Positions 9,801-18,674 of a DNA stretch of 64,000 nt are shown here, piece after piece. Under the pieces are notes generated by a model, which saw only the letters and a list, made by a program, of their open reading frames with translations, searched no databases and was not told the origin of the DNA. How positions within the stretch are numbered: the first letter of the stretch is position 1; every line of letters begins with the position of its first letter. The position numbers were made by a program, and so were the translations under genes. Origin of the DNA: an uncultured Aquimarina sp. GTDB taxonomy: Bacteria; Bacteroidota; Bacteroidia; Flavobacteriales; Flavobacteriaceae. The stretch is taken from positions 11,100 to 75,099 of the forward strand of contig CANLCT010000013.1 in the NCBI GenBank assembly GCA_947489195.1, written 5' to 3'.

Positions 9801-10565
9801 GATGATCGCGATGATATTAACTTTGATTTTAATAGAGTAAAATTAAGTACCTATCAATTAATGTTAGGTGCTGTAAAAAATGGTCGAGATGGGAGTTATT
9901 TTGAATACACCGCTTCCGCAGAAGGGATTCAGATAGATAGAACTCCTGGCCGTTTTATAGCTGATTTTTTTGAAAACGAAGAAACTTACGAGCGCAAATG
10001 GTTCGCAGGTACTAATGCTACCTATAGGTATGAAAGTTATGATGTTGTAGTAAACCCTACTCGTGGAATGAAGTTTGAACTCAATGGAGGTACAAGAACA
10101 AATATTGACAATGGAAATACTTATGGGTTTATTAAACCTTATCTAGGTTTTTACAACGCCTTAACCAATAATAGAAAATTAGTATTAAAAACGAGTGCCA
10201 TGAGTCATTTTAATATTGGGACTAATTACGAATTTTATCAATCCGCTCAAATTGGTGGAGAAAATCTATTACGTGGCTTTAGAAAACATCGCTTTGCTGG
10301 TCAAACAGCCTTTGCCACCAGTGCAGATGTGCGCTATAGTTTTAATCAATTTAAAACAAAGGTGTTGCCATTACAATTTGGTCTTTTTACAGGAATAGAT
10401 ACCGGCCGCGTATGGCTAGATAATAGTGAAGAAACAAATAAATGGCATACCAATTACGGTGGAGGTTTTTGGGTAAATAGTGCCGATTTTATTAGTGGAA
10501 CGTTTAACCTTTTTGCTAGTAGAGAAGGACCTCGTTTTTCTTTCAATTTTTTATTTAAACTTTAA
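6849..10565 (+). CDS. Large lipoprotein-signal protein: N-terminal calcineurin-like metallophosphoesterase, C-terminal Omp85/surface-antigen-like beta-barrel
   Basis: 1238 aa. Lipobox 'LVAGC'; MPE motifs 'IGDAG', 'FLGDNIYPDG', 'IPGNHDW' and 'SGHEH'. The C-terminal ~350 aa are rich in alternating beta-strand patterns and end 'FSFNFLFKL'. Confidence 0.75.
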   Translation: MKKYNYLLFTLVFLVAGCALYEPKYREEFNEANFKNVKLQDIEKTFYLIGDAGYAQAGKTTDALMAFETYLAKHKEKGNYAIFLGDNIYPDGMPTSDAKDRSIAEHRLNTQINSVKNFDGEIIFIPGNHDWYNEGLAGLKREEDYFEKKLRDKKLFYPTDGCALKSIDVSDKVQLIILDSQWFLTDWNKHPNINDKCSEIKTREAMFEEVEGLLKKNQNKTIVFALHHPLYTNGVHGGQYAPVKHLYPSQKKIPLPILSSLALQIRTSGGVSTQDKQNKQYKALVKRLETLAKGAEKIIFTSGHEHSLQYIEHEGLKQIVSGAGAKNSYASLSNNGLFAYGGQGFTRLDILKNGASWVSFFGAKNGKPKLLYKKEVFKPTPQYDFTNLKTITNTKIRTSVYTPDENSEKSELYESVWGDHYRDLYFKPIEAKVALLDTLYGGLEVVRKGGGHQTRSLRLKDKSGKEYNMRALKKSGVKFLQSTLFKNNYVEESLENTLSEDILKDFYTASHPYIFTVIPELSDAIGLYHTNPDLLYIPKQPALKEHNFEHGNELYLIEERPEEHHIDLASFGKPKDIESTADVYKRLRKDEKYRIDEQAYIRARLFDMLIGDWDRHQDQWRWAEFELDNGDHVFRPIPRDRDQAFTNFDGGFLGALRGMIGFTRQFQVYDKKISNVPWLNASASILDRTLIQNSSQDVWLKEAKYIQKKLTDTVIEKAFENIPKEAKGTDLENIKTSLKGRIDNLIETTNEYYEYHARLAIINGTDKDDYISIVRLPKGKTKITVQRIKDGKKSDTISNRIYDKKFTKQIRIYGLDDDDQFNVSGIPDNPIRIRIIGGHNNDTYSIENGKKVSIYDYKSKPNTIKKDGGAKFKFTDNYQINNFDKDNRELTTTTILPLIGFNPDDGLLIGPVSVITISDFYENPFTLQHRLSGGYYFATGGFDLAYRGEFAGILGKYNLLVTTRYTSPNYAVNFFGFGNNSENFDDRDDINFDFNRVKLSTYQLMLGAVKNGRDGSYFEYTASAEGIQIDRTPGRFIADFFENEETYERKWFAGTNATYRYESYDVVVNPTRGMKFELNGGTRTNIDNGNTYGFIKPYLGFYNALTNNRKLVLKTSAMSHFNIGTNYEFYQSAQIGGENLLRGFRKHRFAGQTAFATSADVRYSFNQFKTKVLPLQFGLFTGIDTGRVWLDNSEETNKWHTNYGGGFWVNSADFISGTFNLFASREGPRFSFNFLFKL

Positions 10566-10871
10566 ACTTATCTATGACTATTTCAAAATTAAATTACCCT
10601 CTTATTATAAATGGATTAATTATTTCAATCCCTTTCCAAAATAGCCCATCAATAAAAAAACTTTATAAAGCTAATTTTTTTAAAGATACCATTTTGGGGA
10701 TCAATCAACAAATAGTAAGTTCTATATTCGTATATAATACTGCTAATAAAAAAAGAAACAATTTGAAAATAGATGCTCGTAATAAATCAAATAAAATATA
10801 CATAGCCAACGTAAGTTATGTATTCTGATCGTGTGGTAAAGTTTTTTATTAACTTATCAAATCGCAGATAT

Positions 10872-11777
10872 ATGAAATCATTTTTTTTTACGATACTACT
10901 AATTACCATTACGACTCATGCCCACTATGCTCAATTATCAGATTTAGCACGTTTGGAGTATACTTATTTTCCGCAAAGAGAAAGTGACAATAGTTTTCAA
11001 CGTTTACGTGCACTTGTTAGGGTGCCATTAAAACTAAACAAAAAAGGGGCATATTTAGTACCTGGGTTTGAATACAGAAATATAAATTTTGATTACGAAG
11101 ATAGACCTATACCTAGTTTTAGTGTAACCAATTTAGATAATTTCAATTCATATGATCTTACTTTGGGCTATACGTATAAAATAAAAGAAGATTTGCGCTT
11201 TGCTGCCAAGTCAGGAGTGTTAATCGCTTCGAATTTTGAAGATGGAAATACTACTAATGATGATATTTTATATTCTGGAGGAGTTTTTTTAATTAAAGAT
11301 AAAACTGAAGAAGGTCAAGCCAAAAAACCCTGGAGACTCATCGTTGGATTGCAATACTCTACAAAAGCAGGTCGCCCCTTCCCGCTTCCAATAGTTAATT
11401 ATTATAAAAAAATCCATCCAAAATGGGCTTATGGCTTAGGGGTTCCTAAAACAAATATCAAATATTTTCCCAGCCCTACTAATCAATTACAAGCTTTTGC
11501 TACCCTCGATGGTTTTTTTGCTAATATTCAAAATAACAAAACTATACCCAATCGAAATGGAATAGGCACAGAAACTGCAGCTAGTATTTCCATGACCATT
11601 GCTTTAGCGGGTTTAGGTTATGAACATAGTTTTACGGAGCATTTGATATTTTATGTTTATGCTGGTTTCACTATAATAAATGATATCCGTTTAAGAGATG
11701 AAGACCAAGAAGATGTGTTTACCATTAATGATAAAAATAGCTTGTATATGCGTGGAGGTCTAAAATTTAAAATTTAA
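10872..11777 (+). CDS. Hypothetical outer-membrane beta-barrel protein
   Basis: Likely start at the internal Met giving signal peptide 'MKSFFFTILLITITTHAHYAQ' (the track ORF starts at 10818). Alternating-hydrophobic strands; ends 'GGLKFKI'. Confidence 0.55.
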   Translation: MKSFFFTILLITITTHAHYAQLSDLARLEYTYFPQRESDNSFQRLRALVRVPLKLNKKGAYLVPGFEYRNINFDYEDRPIPSFSVTNLDNFNSYDLTLGYTYKIKEDLRFAAKSGVLIASNFEDGNTTNDDILYSGGVFLIKDKTEEGQAKKPWRLIVGLQYSTKAGRPFPLPIVNYYKKIHPKWAYGLGVPKTNIKYFPSPTNQLQAFATLDGFFANIQNNKTIPNRNGIGTETAASISMTIALAGLGYEHSFTEHLIFYVYAGFTIINDIRLRDEDQEDVFTINDKNSLYMRGGLKFKI

Positions 11778-11803
11778 AAAGGGAGCTAATTTACTCCCTT
11801 TTT
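11776..11803. terminator. Bidirectional hairpin between convergent genes
   Basis: Perfect 10-bp arms, aaaaagggag (11776-11785) and ctcccttttt (11794-11803), with an 8-nt loop and A/T runs on both sides. Confidence 0.65.
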
Positions 11804-11823
11804 AGATACATAATTACATGTAT

Positions 11824-12267
11824 TTAATTTATTTCAATTGAAGTTACTATGGCTTCATTAGTTTTTTTGGGAAGTGTTATACTCAATATCCCATTTTGAT
11901 ATGTGGCTGATATTGCTTCCTTATCAATATTTTCTGGAAGTTTAAATATACGCTCAAAAGAAGCTGCCCAGAATTCCCTCCTTACATAATTGTCTTCTGA
12001 TTTCTTTTCTGCCTCGGCTTTCACAATTAATTTATTTTCTTTGGCATCAACTGTAATAGCTTCTTTATTAAATCCTGTAGCTAAAAGCTCTATAATAAAT
12101 TCATTGTCGTTTTCAATAACATTCACTTTAGGCGCTTGCAAGTCCATGTGTTCGCTAAATGAAGGCGAAAGTGTATTATTAAAAACTTCATTTACCAAAT
12201 TTCCAAATCCTGTAAACGGTAATAAATTAGTGTGTGTATGACCATTTAATGTTATTCCCTTATTCAT
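11824..12267 (-). CDS. Hsp20/alpha-crystallin small heat-shock protein
   Basis: 147 aa. The alpha-crystallin core ('FIIELLATGFNKEAITVD...', 'FERIFKLPENIDKEAISATYQNGILSITLPK') is typical of IbpA/Hsp20. Confidence 0.9.
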   Translation of the reverse strand: MNKGITLNGHTHTNLLPFTGFGNLVNEVFNNTLSPSFSEHMDLQAPKVNVIENDNEFIIELLATGFNKEAITVDAKENKLIVKAEAEKKSEDNYVRREFWAASFERIFKLPENIDKEAISATYQNGILSITLPKKTNEAIVTSIEIN

Positions 12268-12401
12268 AATATTAATTTTTAAAAGTTATAATAGCATTTA
12301 AACAAATCATATACCATTAACTTTTAAACATTAAAACACTACAAAAAAATGTCAAAATGACACAAAATACCTAATAATTAATGACATTTTGTCTATTTTG
12401 A

Positions 12402-13505
12402 CTATTCTTTATTGTTTTCATCTTCTACATCATCGACAAATAGTTCTTCTCCCACGACTTCCACACTAGTATCACCTAATATATCCTCAACATAAACCAT
12501 TTTAACAATAACCATTAAAATAGCAATTACAGGTACCGCTAAAATTAACCCCAGCATTCCTGTAAAAATTCCTAAAACAACTTGAGCTATTAAAATCATA
12601 GCCAAAGGAAAGGCAATCATTTTATTTTGAATAAAAGGAGTAATTACATTGCTTTCAATCGCTTGAACAACTCCATAAAGAATGACTACATATAGTGCGG
12701 AATTTCCATCTAGAGTGAGCGCCAATAAAAAAGCTGGAATTAAAGATAATATAGGTCCAAAGTTGGGAATAAAAGTGATTAGTGCTGCAAATATTCCCAA
12801 AGTTAATGCTAAAGGAATACCCAAAATAGCCAAACCTACACCTGTTAAAATACCAACAACTAACATGGAGAACATTTTACCTAATAACCATCTTTTTAAT
12901 GTATATCCTAGGGTTAGCAACACCTCCTCTACTCTTTTTCGTTTAGGTTTAGGAAAGAGTATGATAATTCCATTGGTGTACATATTAGGTTGAATCATAA
13001 AAAATAAACCTAAAAAAACTATAATATAAATATCTGCTAATCCACCAAAAAAGGAACTGAAAAAGATAGTAATTTGCCCGCTCCCTTTATTTAATTTTTC
13101 TCGGTATTTTTTAATTTCGTTTAGAGCAAATGCTCCCAACTTAGTGTTATTTAATTTTTGTTTAGCTTCTTCGGTAGCCAATGGTAATTCTTTTTGTAGA
13201 ACATCAATTTGATCAGATACTCTGGATGAAAGTACCAAAATAGACACAATGCAAACACTAAAAAACAGAGTTACGCCTACTCCTAAAGCAACTTTATTGT
13301 TCAAAGGAATCTTTTTTTGAATAAGCGAGGCTATTCCTTTAAAAAAAGTAGCTACAAGAATACCTGCTAAAATTAATAGAATCACTTTAAAGCCTTTTAG
13401 TATTAAAAAAAGACAACATACTATCAAAACTATTATGCAAGTTGCCTTTATGATATTTTTACTAAAATTGCTTATTGCAAATGTGTTGCTTTCGTTAGCT
13501 TTCAT
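12402..13505 (-). CDS. AI-2E (PerM/YhhT) family transporter
   Basis: 367 aa with about 8 TM segments and a conserved C-terminal half ('FIPNFGPILSLIPA', 'ESNVITPFIQNK'). Confidence 0.85.
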   Translation of the reverse strand: MKANESNTFAISNFSKNIIKATCIIVLIVCCLFLILKGFKVILLILAGILVATFFKGIASLIQKKIPLNNKVALGVGVTLFFSVCIVSILVLSSRVSDQIDVLQKELPLATEEAKQKLNNTKLGAFALNEIKKYREKLNKGSGQITIFFSSFFGGLADIYIIVFLGLFFMIQPNMYTNGIIILFPKPKRKRVEEVLLTLGYTLKRWLLGKMFSMLVVGILTGVGLAILGIPLALTLGIFAALITFIPNFGPILSLIPAFLLALTLDGNSALYVVILYGVVQAIESNVITPFIQNKMIAFPLAMILIAQVVLGIFTGMLGLILAVPVIAILMVIVKMVYVEDILGDTSVEVVGEELFVDDVEDENNKE

Positions 13506-13589
13506 TCTCTTTTGGGAAATAAAAAACGGATACCCAGTTTTTCAACTCTAATATCCGTTATATTAATAGTGTTGTTACATATGCTGTTG

Positions 13590-13751
13590 TTAATCTACTG
13601 CATCTTCAATATCATCTGCCGCATCTTCTATACCATCACCAACGCTTTCTACAGCATCTTCTACTTTTTCTTTTGCGGTCTTTTCTCTACAACTAGTTGC
13701 AAATGAAAACAAGAATATTGCTGTTACTATCGAAATAATTGCCTTTTTCAT
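13590..13751 (-). CDS. Small acidic lipoprotein (53 aa), below the ORF-track size cutoff
   Basis: My own translation: MKKAIISIVTAIFLFSFATSCREKTAKEKVEDAVESVGDGIEDAADDIEDAVD*. It has a clear signal peptide and lipobox 'FATSC'. The opposite-strand track ORF 13512..13706 looks spurious. Confidence 0.45.
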   Translation of the reverse strand: MKKAIISIVTAIFLFSFATSCREKTAKEKVEDAVESVGDGIEDAADDIEDAVD

Positions 13752-14288
13752 AAATTTTACTTTTAAAGTTAATTTTTATCCTTTTTTAATATAAGAGCAA
13801 ATGATAAAACAATGTAAATGAAAAAAAATATCTGAGGTAAATCTCTAAACTCAATCAAATTGGTAAAACCCAACATAATTATGGAAATTAAAAATATAAA
13901 TGTCGTTAACAAGTACCTTTTCATTTTGTTTACCTGTTTTATTCACTCTTTATACTAACAAAGGTGATTCAATACAGTTTAACAATTTTGTGCAATTAGC
14001 ATTTATTTTGACTCAATAAATAAATTGGCTAATAACCACTCATAAACAAATCATTTTTAATAGCAAGACTTATATTGCAAAAGGCTAGCAATTGAGTTAT
14101 TAAATTACATTATGTTCTTTAATTACCACAAAATCTCCAACAAATTTACAAATCTTCTAAAAAAATCATTTTTTTCTTAAACCAAACTAGAGCAATACTG
14201 TTAGTAACTGTATCAATTTTGTTACTCCAAAAAGGCATTCTTCACTTACTTTGTATCCACTCGAAAATGTAGATAGAAGGAAAAATAA

Positions 14289-15308
14289 ATGAAGGAATTA
14301 ACAATCACAAGTACAAAAAGTGATAAGATTTTAGTACAATTAAATTCTTATTTAAATGGAAATTTAAATAAGAAATGGGGAGAAACGGTACTGGAATTTA
14401 ATAATGAATATGGCAAAGGTCAAATTCGCTGTATCGATTTTGATTGGGGTGTTTCACTGATGGATTATGATGTGCATTTTACCGAAAATGTAAAAATAAC
14501 CTTTATTTCAAGCGAGGTAAAGCCTATTGAATTTGTTTTTGTAAGTGAAGGATCCATCACATATAAAAGCGATGTTGATAATGTAAGTCATTCATTTGAG
14601 CGCTTTCAAAACATTATTATTTCAAACAAAAAAAAGGCTAAAGAAACTTATATCTTTCCTAATAAGGTCACTGTTAAGGTCAATTTTATTTACGTCATTA
14701 AAAATTTGTATGCTCAAAAAAAGAATAACAACTTAACCTATTTAAACAAAAAATTGCTCACTACTTTTAAAGACATCGATTCAAATAGTGTATACAATCA
14801 TTTCGGTAATTTTAACCTTAAAATAGCCGATCAAATAAGACAGTTAAATACATCTGACAATACAGGTATAGTACGTACATTATCTATTGAAGGTCAATTA
14901 AATTTAATATTGGCTATGCAAATTTTGGAACATAGCAACTCCGAAGAAGGTCGCAACCTTCCAGAAACAATGTCTAAGGATGATATTAAAAAAATTCATG
15001 ATTTGACAGGTTTTATTATAGACAATATATCGGAGCCCTTAACTGTCGAAATATTATCAAAGCGTTCTGGATTAAGTCAAAAAAAATTACAATCAGGCTT
15101 TAAACTTTTACATTCAAAATCAGTAAATGAATATGTTAGACTCATGAAATTAGAAATTTCAAGAGATTATATAAAAAATACTACAGATTCTATTTCTGAA
15201 ATTGTTTATAAAATCGGGTTTAGAAGTAGAAGTTATTTTTCTAAAATATTTTTTGAACATTATGGAATACTCCCTACTGATTATCGAAAAAAACAAACTT
15301 TAAAATAA
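14289..15308 (+). CDS. AraC/XylS-family regulator, paralogue 1 of 4 (unknown N-terminal sensor domain)
   Basis: 339 aa with a C-terminal HTH_18 ('KLQSGFKLLHSKSVNEYVRLMKLE', 'ISEIVYKIGFRSRSYFSKIF'). Shares 'FNLKIADQI' and the overall architecture with 16016, 25433 and 38512. Confidence 0.85.
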   Translation: MKELTITSTKSDKILVQLNSYLNGNLNKKWGETVLEFNNEYGKGQIRCIDFDWGVSLMDYDVHFTENVKITFISSEVKPIEFVFVSEGSITYKSDVDNVSHSFERFQNIIISNKKKAKETYIFPNKVTVKVNFIYVIKNLYAQKKNNNLTYLNKKLLTTFKDIDSNSVYNHFGNFNLKIADQIRQLNTSDNTGIVRTLSIEGQLNLILAMQILEHSNSEEGRNLPETMSKDDIKKIHDLTGFIIDNISEPLTVEILSKRSGLSQKKLQSGFKLLHSKSVNEYVRLMKLEISRDYIKNTTDSISEIVYKIGFRSRSYFSKIFFEHYGILPTDYRKKQTLK

Positions 15309-15410
15309 GTTAAGTATTAAATAAATACCGAATAAAGTCCCTTTTTATTGCGATACGGATAAGGAACCCCCTCATATTATTGTATTATTGAACTCAGTCA
15401 ATGAACAATT

Positions 15411-15842
15411 ATGAAAAACCCTTATCCGTATATTTTAGTATCCATTCTTTTTTTACTGACCTACTGTTCTGCCATTTCGCAAAATGAAGTTCCTGTCAAA
15501 GTCCAAGAAAACTTTGAAAAAAAATATCCAGGAGAAAATGACCCTGATTGGCACATAGATAAAAACGGAAATTTTGAATCTCATTTTAAAATAGATGGAG
15601 AAAAATACAGAGCGGACTTTTCACCAAACGGAAATTGGATTGAAACAGAAAATAATATAAAAAAGAAAGAGCTTCCTAAAGCCATTAAAAAAAAAATAAA
15701 TAAAAAATATAGGGATGTCAAAATCTACGAAATTGAAAAAGTAGATCATTTTTCAAAAGGAATATTTTATGATGTAGAACTTAAAATTGATGGTAAAAAG
15801 AAAGATATTGAGTTTAAAGGTGATGGATCCGTTATTAACTAG
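15411..15842 (+). CDS. PepSY-like (beta-lactamase-inhibitor-like) secreted protein
   Basis: 143 aa with a signal peptide. The repeated 'NG..E.EF' style halves ('WHIDKNGNFESHFKIDGEKYRADFSPNGNWIETE', 'IYEIEKVDHFSKGIFYDVELKIDGKKKDIEF') are typical of the PepSY-like family. Confidence 0.65.
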   Translation: MKNPYPYILVSILFLLTYCSAISQNEVPVKVQENFEKKYPGENDPDWHIDKNGNFESHFKIDGEKYRADFSPNGNWIETENNIKKKELPKAIKKKINKKYRDVKIYEIEKVDHFSKGIFYDVELKIDGKKKDIEFKGDGSVIN

Positions 15843-15894
15843 TATTTATTCATATGAGTCACTCTTTTTAGTAAAATAGCTTATTTTAAAGTAG

Positions 15895-15925
15895 AATAAC
15901 GTTACGGATAATCTCAATAACGTTA
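15895..15925 (+). promoter_or_regulatory. Two copies of AATAACGTTA (each containing the palindrome TAACGTTA) with a 21-nt period, upstream of AraC paralogue 2
   Basis: Exact 10-mers at 15895-15904 and 15916-15925, about 90-120 nt upstream of ATG 16016. Candidate operator; statistical support is weak on its own. Confidence 0.3.
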
Positions 15926-16015
15926 ATGCTTAGCATACAAATCCTGTAATTTTACATAACAAATAAAATTGTTTTTGTCAGCATTAAAATGTGTTGACAT
16001 TAGTACATAATTGTT

Positions 16016-17047
16016 ATGATAAAAAATTCAAATACCCTTTCGCAAAATCATTTGGATTTAAATGAACTAAAAATTCATTTAAAAGGAACAGTTACTGAAT
16101 TGGATGATTTTAATGTTCTTGAAATAGATAACACTATCGGAGCTGGAAATGTTAGATTTTACAACTTGCAAGAAGGAGTAAAGGTGTATGATTTTGATTT
16201 GTTTTTAGAAAATGATTTGTCAATCCCCATTGATTGCTTATCAACCGAAACATTGCAATTTTTATATTGTTTAGATGGAGAATTTAAACATCAATTTGAT
16301 ACTACCAATAATACGGTTGCTATTGAAAGGTTTCAAACTGCGGTAGCTCACAGTGAAACTGGTATTCACAGCAAAATACTGGTGCCAAAAAACAAAAGAC
16401 TTTTACTACATATTATATTGGTTAACAAAGCCCAGTATTTTAAAGCGTTTAACGAGGATACGTGTGATTTTAATGAGCAACTCAAAATAGTACTTAATAA
16501 AATAGAAAAACAACCCAAGTATTTTCATGCTGGTGGGTATAATTTAAAAATTGCAGAACAACTTAAGCTCCTAGTTGGACTTGAGCACGCCCATGATGTT
16601 TCTGAAAAACTGAGTCAAAAAGGAAGGTATTTTATAATTTTAGCCATTCAAATCAAACAATTTCATCAAGAAATAAACAAAACCACCAATTCTAGTGGTT
16701 TATTAAAATACGAACTGGCAAAAATTTTTGAAATTGGTAATTTTATACGCGAAGTTCCCGAATTTCAACACTCTATAAAATCATTGGTAATTAAGTCTGG
16801 TTTATCTCCTGCAAAACTCCAAGAAGGTTTCCGATACATGTACAAAAGAACCGTTTCGGATTACATTAGAAACGTACGTTTAGAAAAAGCGGTTTTACTA
16901 CTCAAAACAACTGATTTAACTATTTCAGAAATTGTGTACACTATCGGGTTAACCAGCAGAAGTTATTTTTGTAAAATCTTCAAACAAAAACACTATTGTA
17001 GCCCTAAAGAGTTTAGAAAAAAAATGAAATCCGAAGAGCTAACTTAA
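16016..17047 (+). CDS. AraC/XylS-family regulator, paralogue 2 of 4
   Basis: 343 aa; 'YNLKIAEQL', 'KLQEGFRYMYKRTVSDYIRNVRLE', 'ISEIVYTIGLTSRSYFCKIF'. Confidence 0.85.
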   Translation: MIKNSNTLSQNHLDLNELKIHLKGTVTELDDFNVLEIDNTIGAGNVRFYNLQEGVKVYDFDLFLENDLSIPIDCLSTETLQFLYCLDGEFKHQFDTTNNTVAIERFQTAVAHSETGIHSKILVPKNKRLLLHIILVNKAQYFKAFNEDTCDFNEQLKIVLNKIEKQPKYFHAGGYNLKIAEQLKLLVGLEHAHDVSEKLSQKGRYFIILAIQIKQFHQEINKTTNSSGLLKYELAKIFEIGNFIREVPEFQHSIKSLVIKSGLSPAKLQEGFRYMYKRTVSDYIRNVRLEKAVLLLKTTDLTISEIVYTIGLTSRSYFCKIFKQKHYCSPKEFRKKMKSEELT

Positions 17048-17142
17048 ATTTTACATTATAATTTTAAATGCGTTCATTTTAATTGTTTTTGCATAAACAT
17101 TAATCATTTTTTCTAAGGTTATTTACAGTCTTATAAATATGA

Positions 17143-18669
17143 ATGAATTATACCCAAAAAAAATATACCCTACTTTTTTTAATCGTACTTAGTGCTCTAA
17201 TTACGATTCATTTTTTAGCCAACTATTTTTTAGTCAAACAGATTGACCATTTTGTTTCTGATAAAGATATTGAGATATATTATGATGATGTTTCAGTTAA
17301 CCTATTAACAGCTTCAATTTCATTTGTAAAACTTAATCTTAATACTAAGATTACTACATCTACTAAAAATAGTTTACAGTTGAGCATACCACAATTAGAT
17401 ATAAGTGGACTCAATTATTACCAACTTTTATTTAAAAAAGCAATTGTGCTCAATAGCATTCAATTGACCTCACCTGATTTAAAATTTTTTAAGTATATAA
17501 ACACTAAATCCATCACTAAAAATAACTCTACAAGGCCAATTACTATCAATTCTTTTGTAATTAATGGTGGATCTTTTGAACTATACAAATCGAAAAAAAA
17601 CATTCCAGACCTTAGTATTCAGAACATGGATACTAAAATTAATGAGCTTGGATTATTCCATCAAACTGCAGACTTTCCAGTTACATATACAAACATTGAA
17701 TCTAAACTAAGAGGGATAACTACCAAGGTGGGTAATTGGGAAAAGCTATTTATTGACACGGTAACTATAAACCCTAAGGCTATTTACCTATCCAATTTAA
17801 AGTTAGAGACAATTTTCAGTAAAAAAACACTTTCTAGCCATTTGAAAAAGGAAAGAGATCATGTTTCGCTAGTAATCCCGAAAATTCACTTTAGTAGATG
17901 GTTTTTAAAAAAAATTGAATCTAAAAATACTTTTGGAGCCGAAAGCATAATTGTGAAAAATGCAGATTTGAATTTATACAGAGATAAATCTGTACCAGAC
18001 AATACTAAATATAAATCGCTATACTCCGAAAAAATTAGAAACCTTGATTTCGGTATTGATTTCCCTAAAATTAGTATCGAAAACGCTTCGATAAATTACG
18101 AACAAAGACTAGAAGGTAATGAAAAACCTGGCAAGCTTTACTTTGAAGATGTAAACGCTGTTACGAGTCTTTCTAATACAGAAAATAAAAATTATCAAAT
18201 TAAATTAGAAGCAGAGGGCACTTTTATGGGTAATGCTGATATTGCTTTAAACACAAAATTTAAATCGCTCACAAGTGATGAATTTATGGCTAAGGGCAGT
18301 ATCAAAAATTTTGATGGAAATTCCTTAAATACCTACTTAGAAAAAAATCTCAAAACCCGAATCAAAGGACGTGCCGACGAAATTTATTTTACTATCACTG
18401 GCAATAACAAAAGAGCTGCTGGAGATATTAAAATGAAATACACCGATTTTAAAATTGAAATACTAAAACAACACAGCCTAAAGGTTAATAAGTTTTTAAG
18501 TGCAGTTGGCAATTTACTTTTAAAAGAAAAAGAGGATACTACCGCTTATCATTATGGAAAAATTGATACAGAAAGAGACCAAACCAAATCATTTTTCAAT
18601 TTTTTATGGATAAGCCTTAGGGATGGATTAAAAGATATAATTACAAATAAAAAAACATCAAAAAAATAG
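17143..18669 (+). CDS. Membrane-anchored hypothetical protein, DUF748/AsmA-like (tentative)
   Basis: 508 aa with an N-terminal TM anchor. The beta-rich repetitive body resembles the downstream gene's N-terminal logic ('...DVSVNLLTASISFVKLNL'). Confidence 0.45.
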   Translation: MNYTQKKYTLLFLIVLSALITIHFLANYFLVKQIDHFVSDKDIEIYYDDVSVNLLTASISFVKLNLNTKITTSTKNSLQLSIPQLDISGLNYYQLLFKKAIVLNSIQLTSPDLKFFKYINTKSITKNNSTRPITINSFVINGGSFELYKSKKNIPDLSIQNMDTKINELGLFHQTADFPVTYTNIESKLRGITTKVGNWEKLFIDTVTINPKAIYLSNLKLETIFSKKTLSSHLKKERDHVSLVIPKIHFSRWFLKKIESKNTFGAESIIVKNADLNLYRDKSVPDNTKYKSLYSEKIRNLDFGIDFPKISIENASINYEQRLEGNEKPGKLYFEDVNAVTSLSNTENKNYQIKLEAEGTFMGNADIALNTKFKSLTSDEFMAKGSIKNFDGNSLNTYLEKNLKTRIKGRADEIYFTITGNNKRAAGDIKMKYTDFKIEILKQHSLKVNKFLSAVGNLLLKEKEDTTAYHYGKIDTERDQTKSFFNFLWISLRDGLKDIITNKKTSKK

Positions 18670-18674
18670 TTGAA

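Noticed and set aside
10574-10828. An 84-aa ORF in the track (MTISKLNYPLIING...).
   Set aside because: The composition is low-complexity and Asn/Ile/Lys-rich, as expected from translating AT-rich spacer. There is no signal or motif. It overlaps the leader of the downstream OMP gene, whose signal peptide starts at 10872.
13512-13706. A 64-aa plus-strand ORF in the track.
   Set aside because: The opposite strand encodes a much more protein-like small lipoprotein (13590..13751) with a signal peptide and lipobox. The plus-strand product is Cys/Phe/Ile-rich with no features.
15330-15341. A shared 11-mer, ATACCGAATAA, downstream of AraC paralogue 1 (about 15328) and upstream of paralogue 4 (about 38381).
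   Set aside because: Exact 11-mer coincidences are expected by the thousands among all position pairs in a window of this size and composition, and there is no extended similarity around them.
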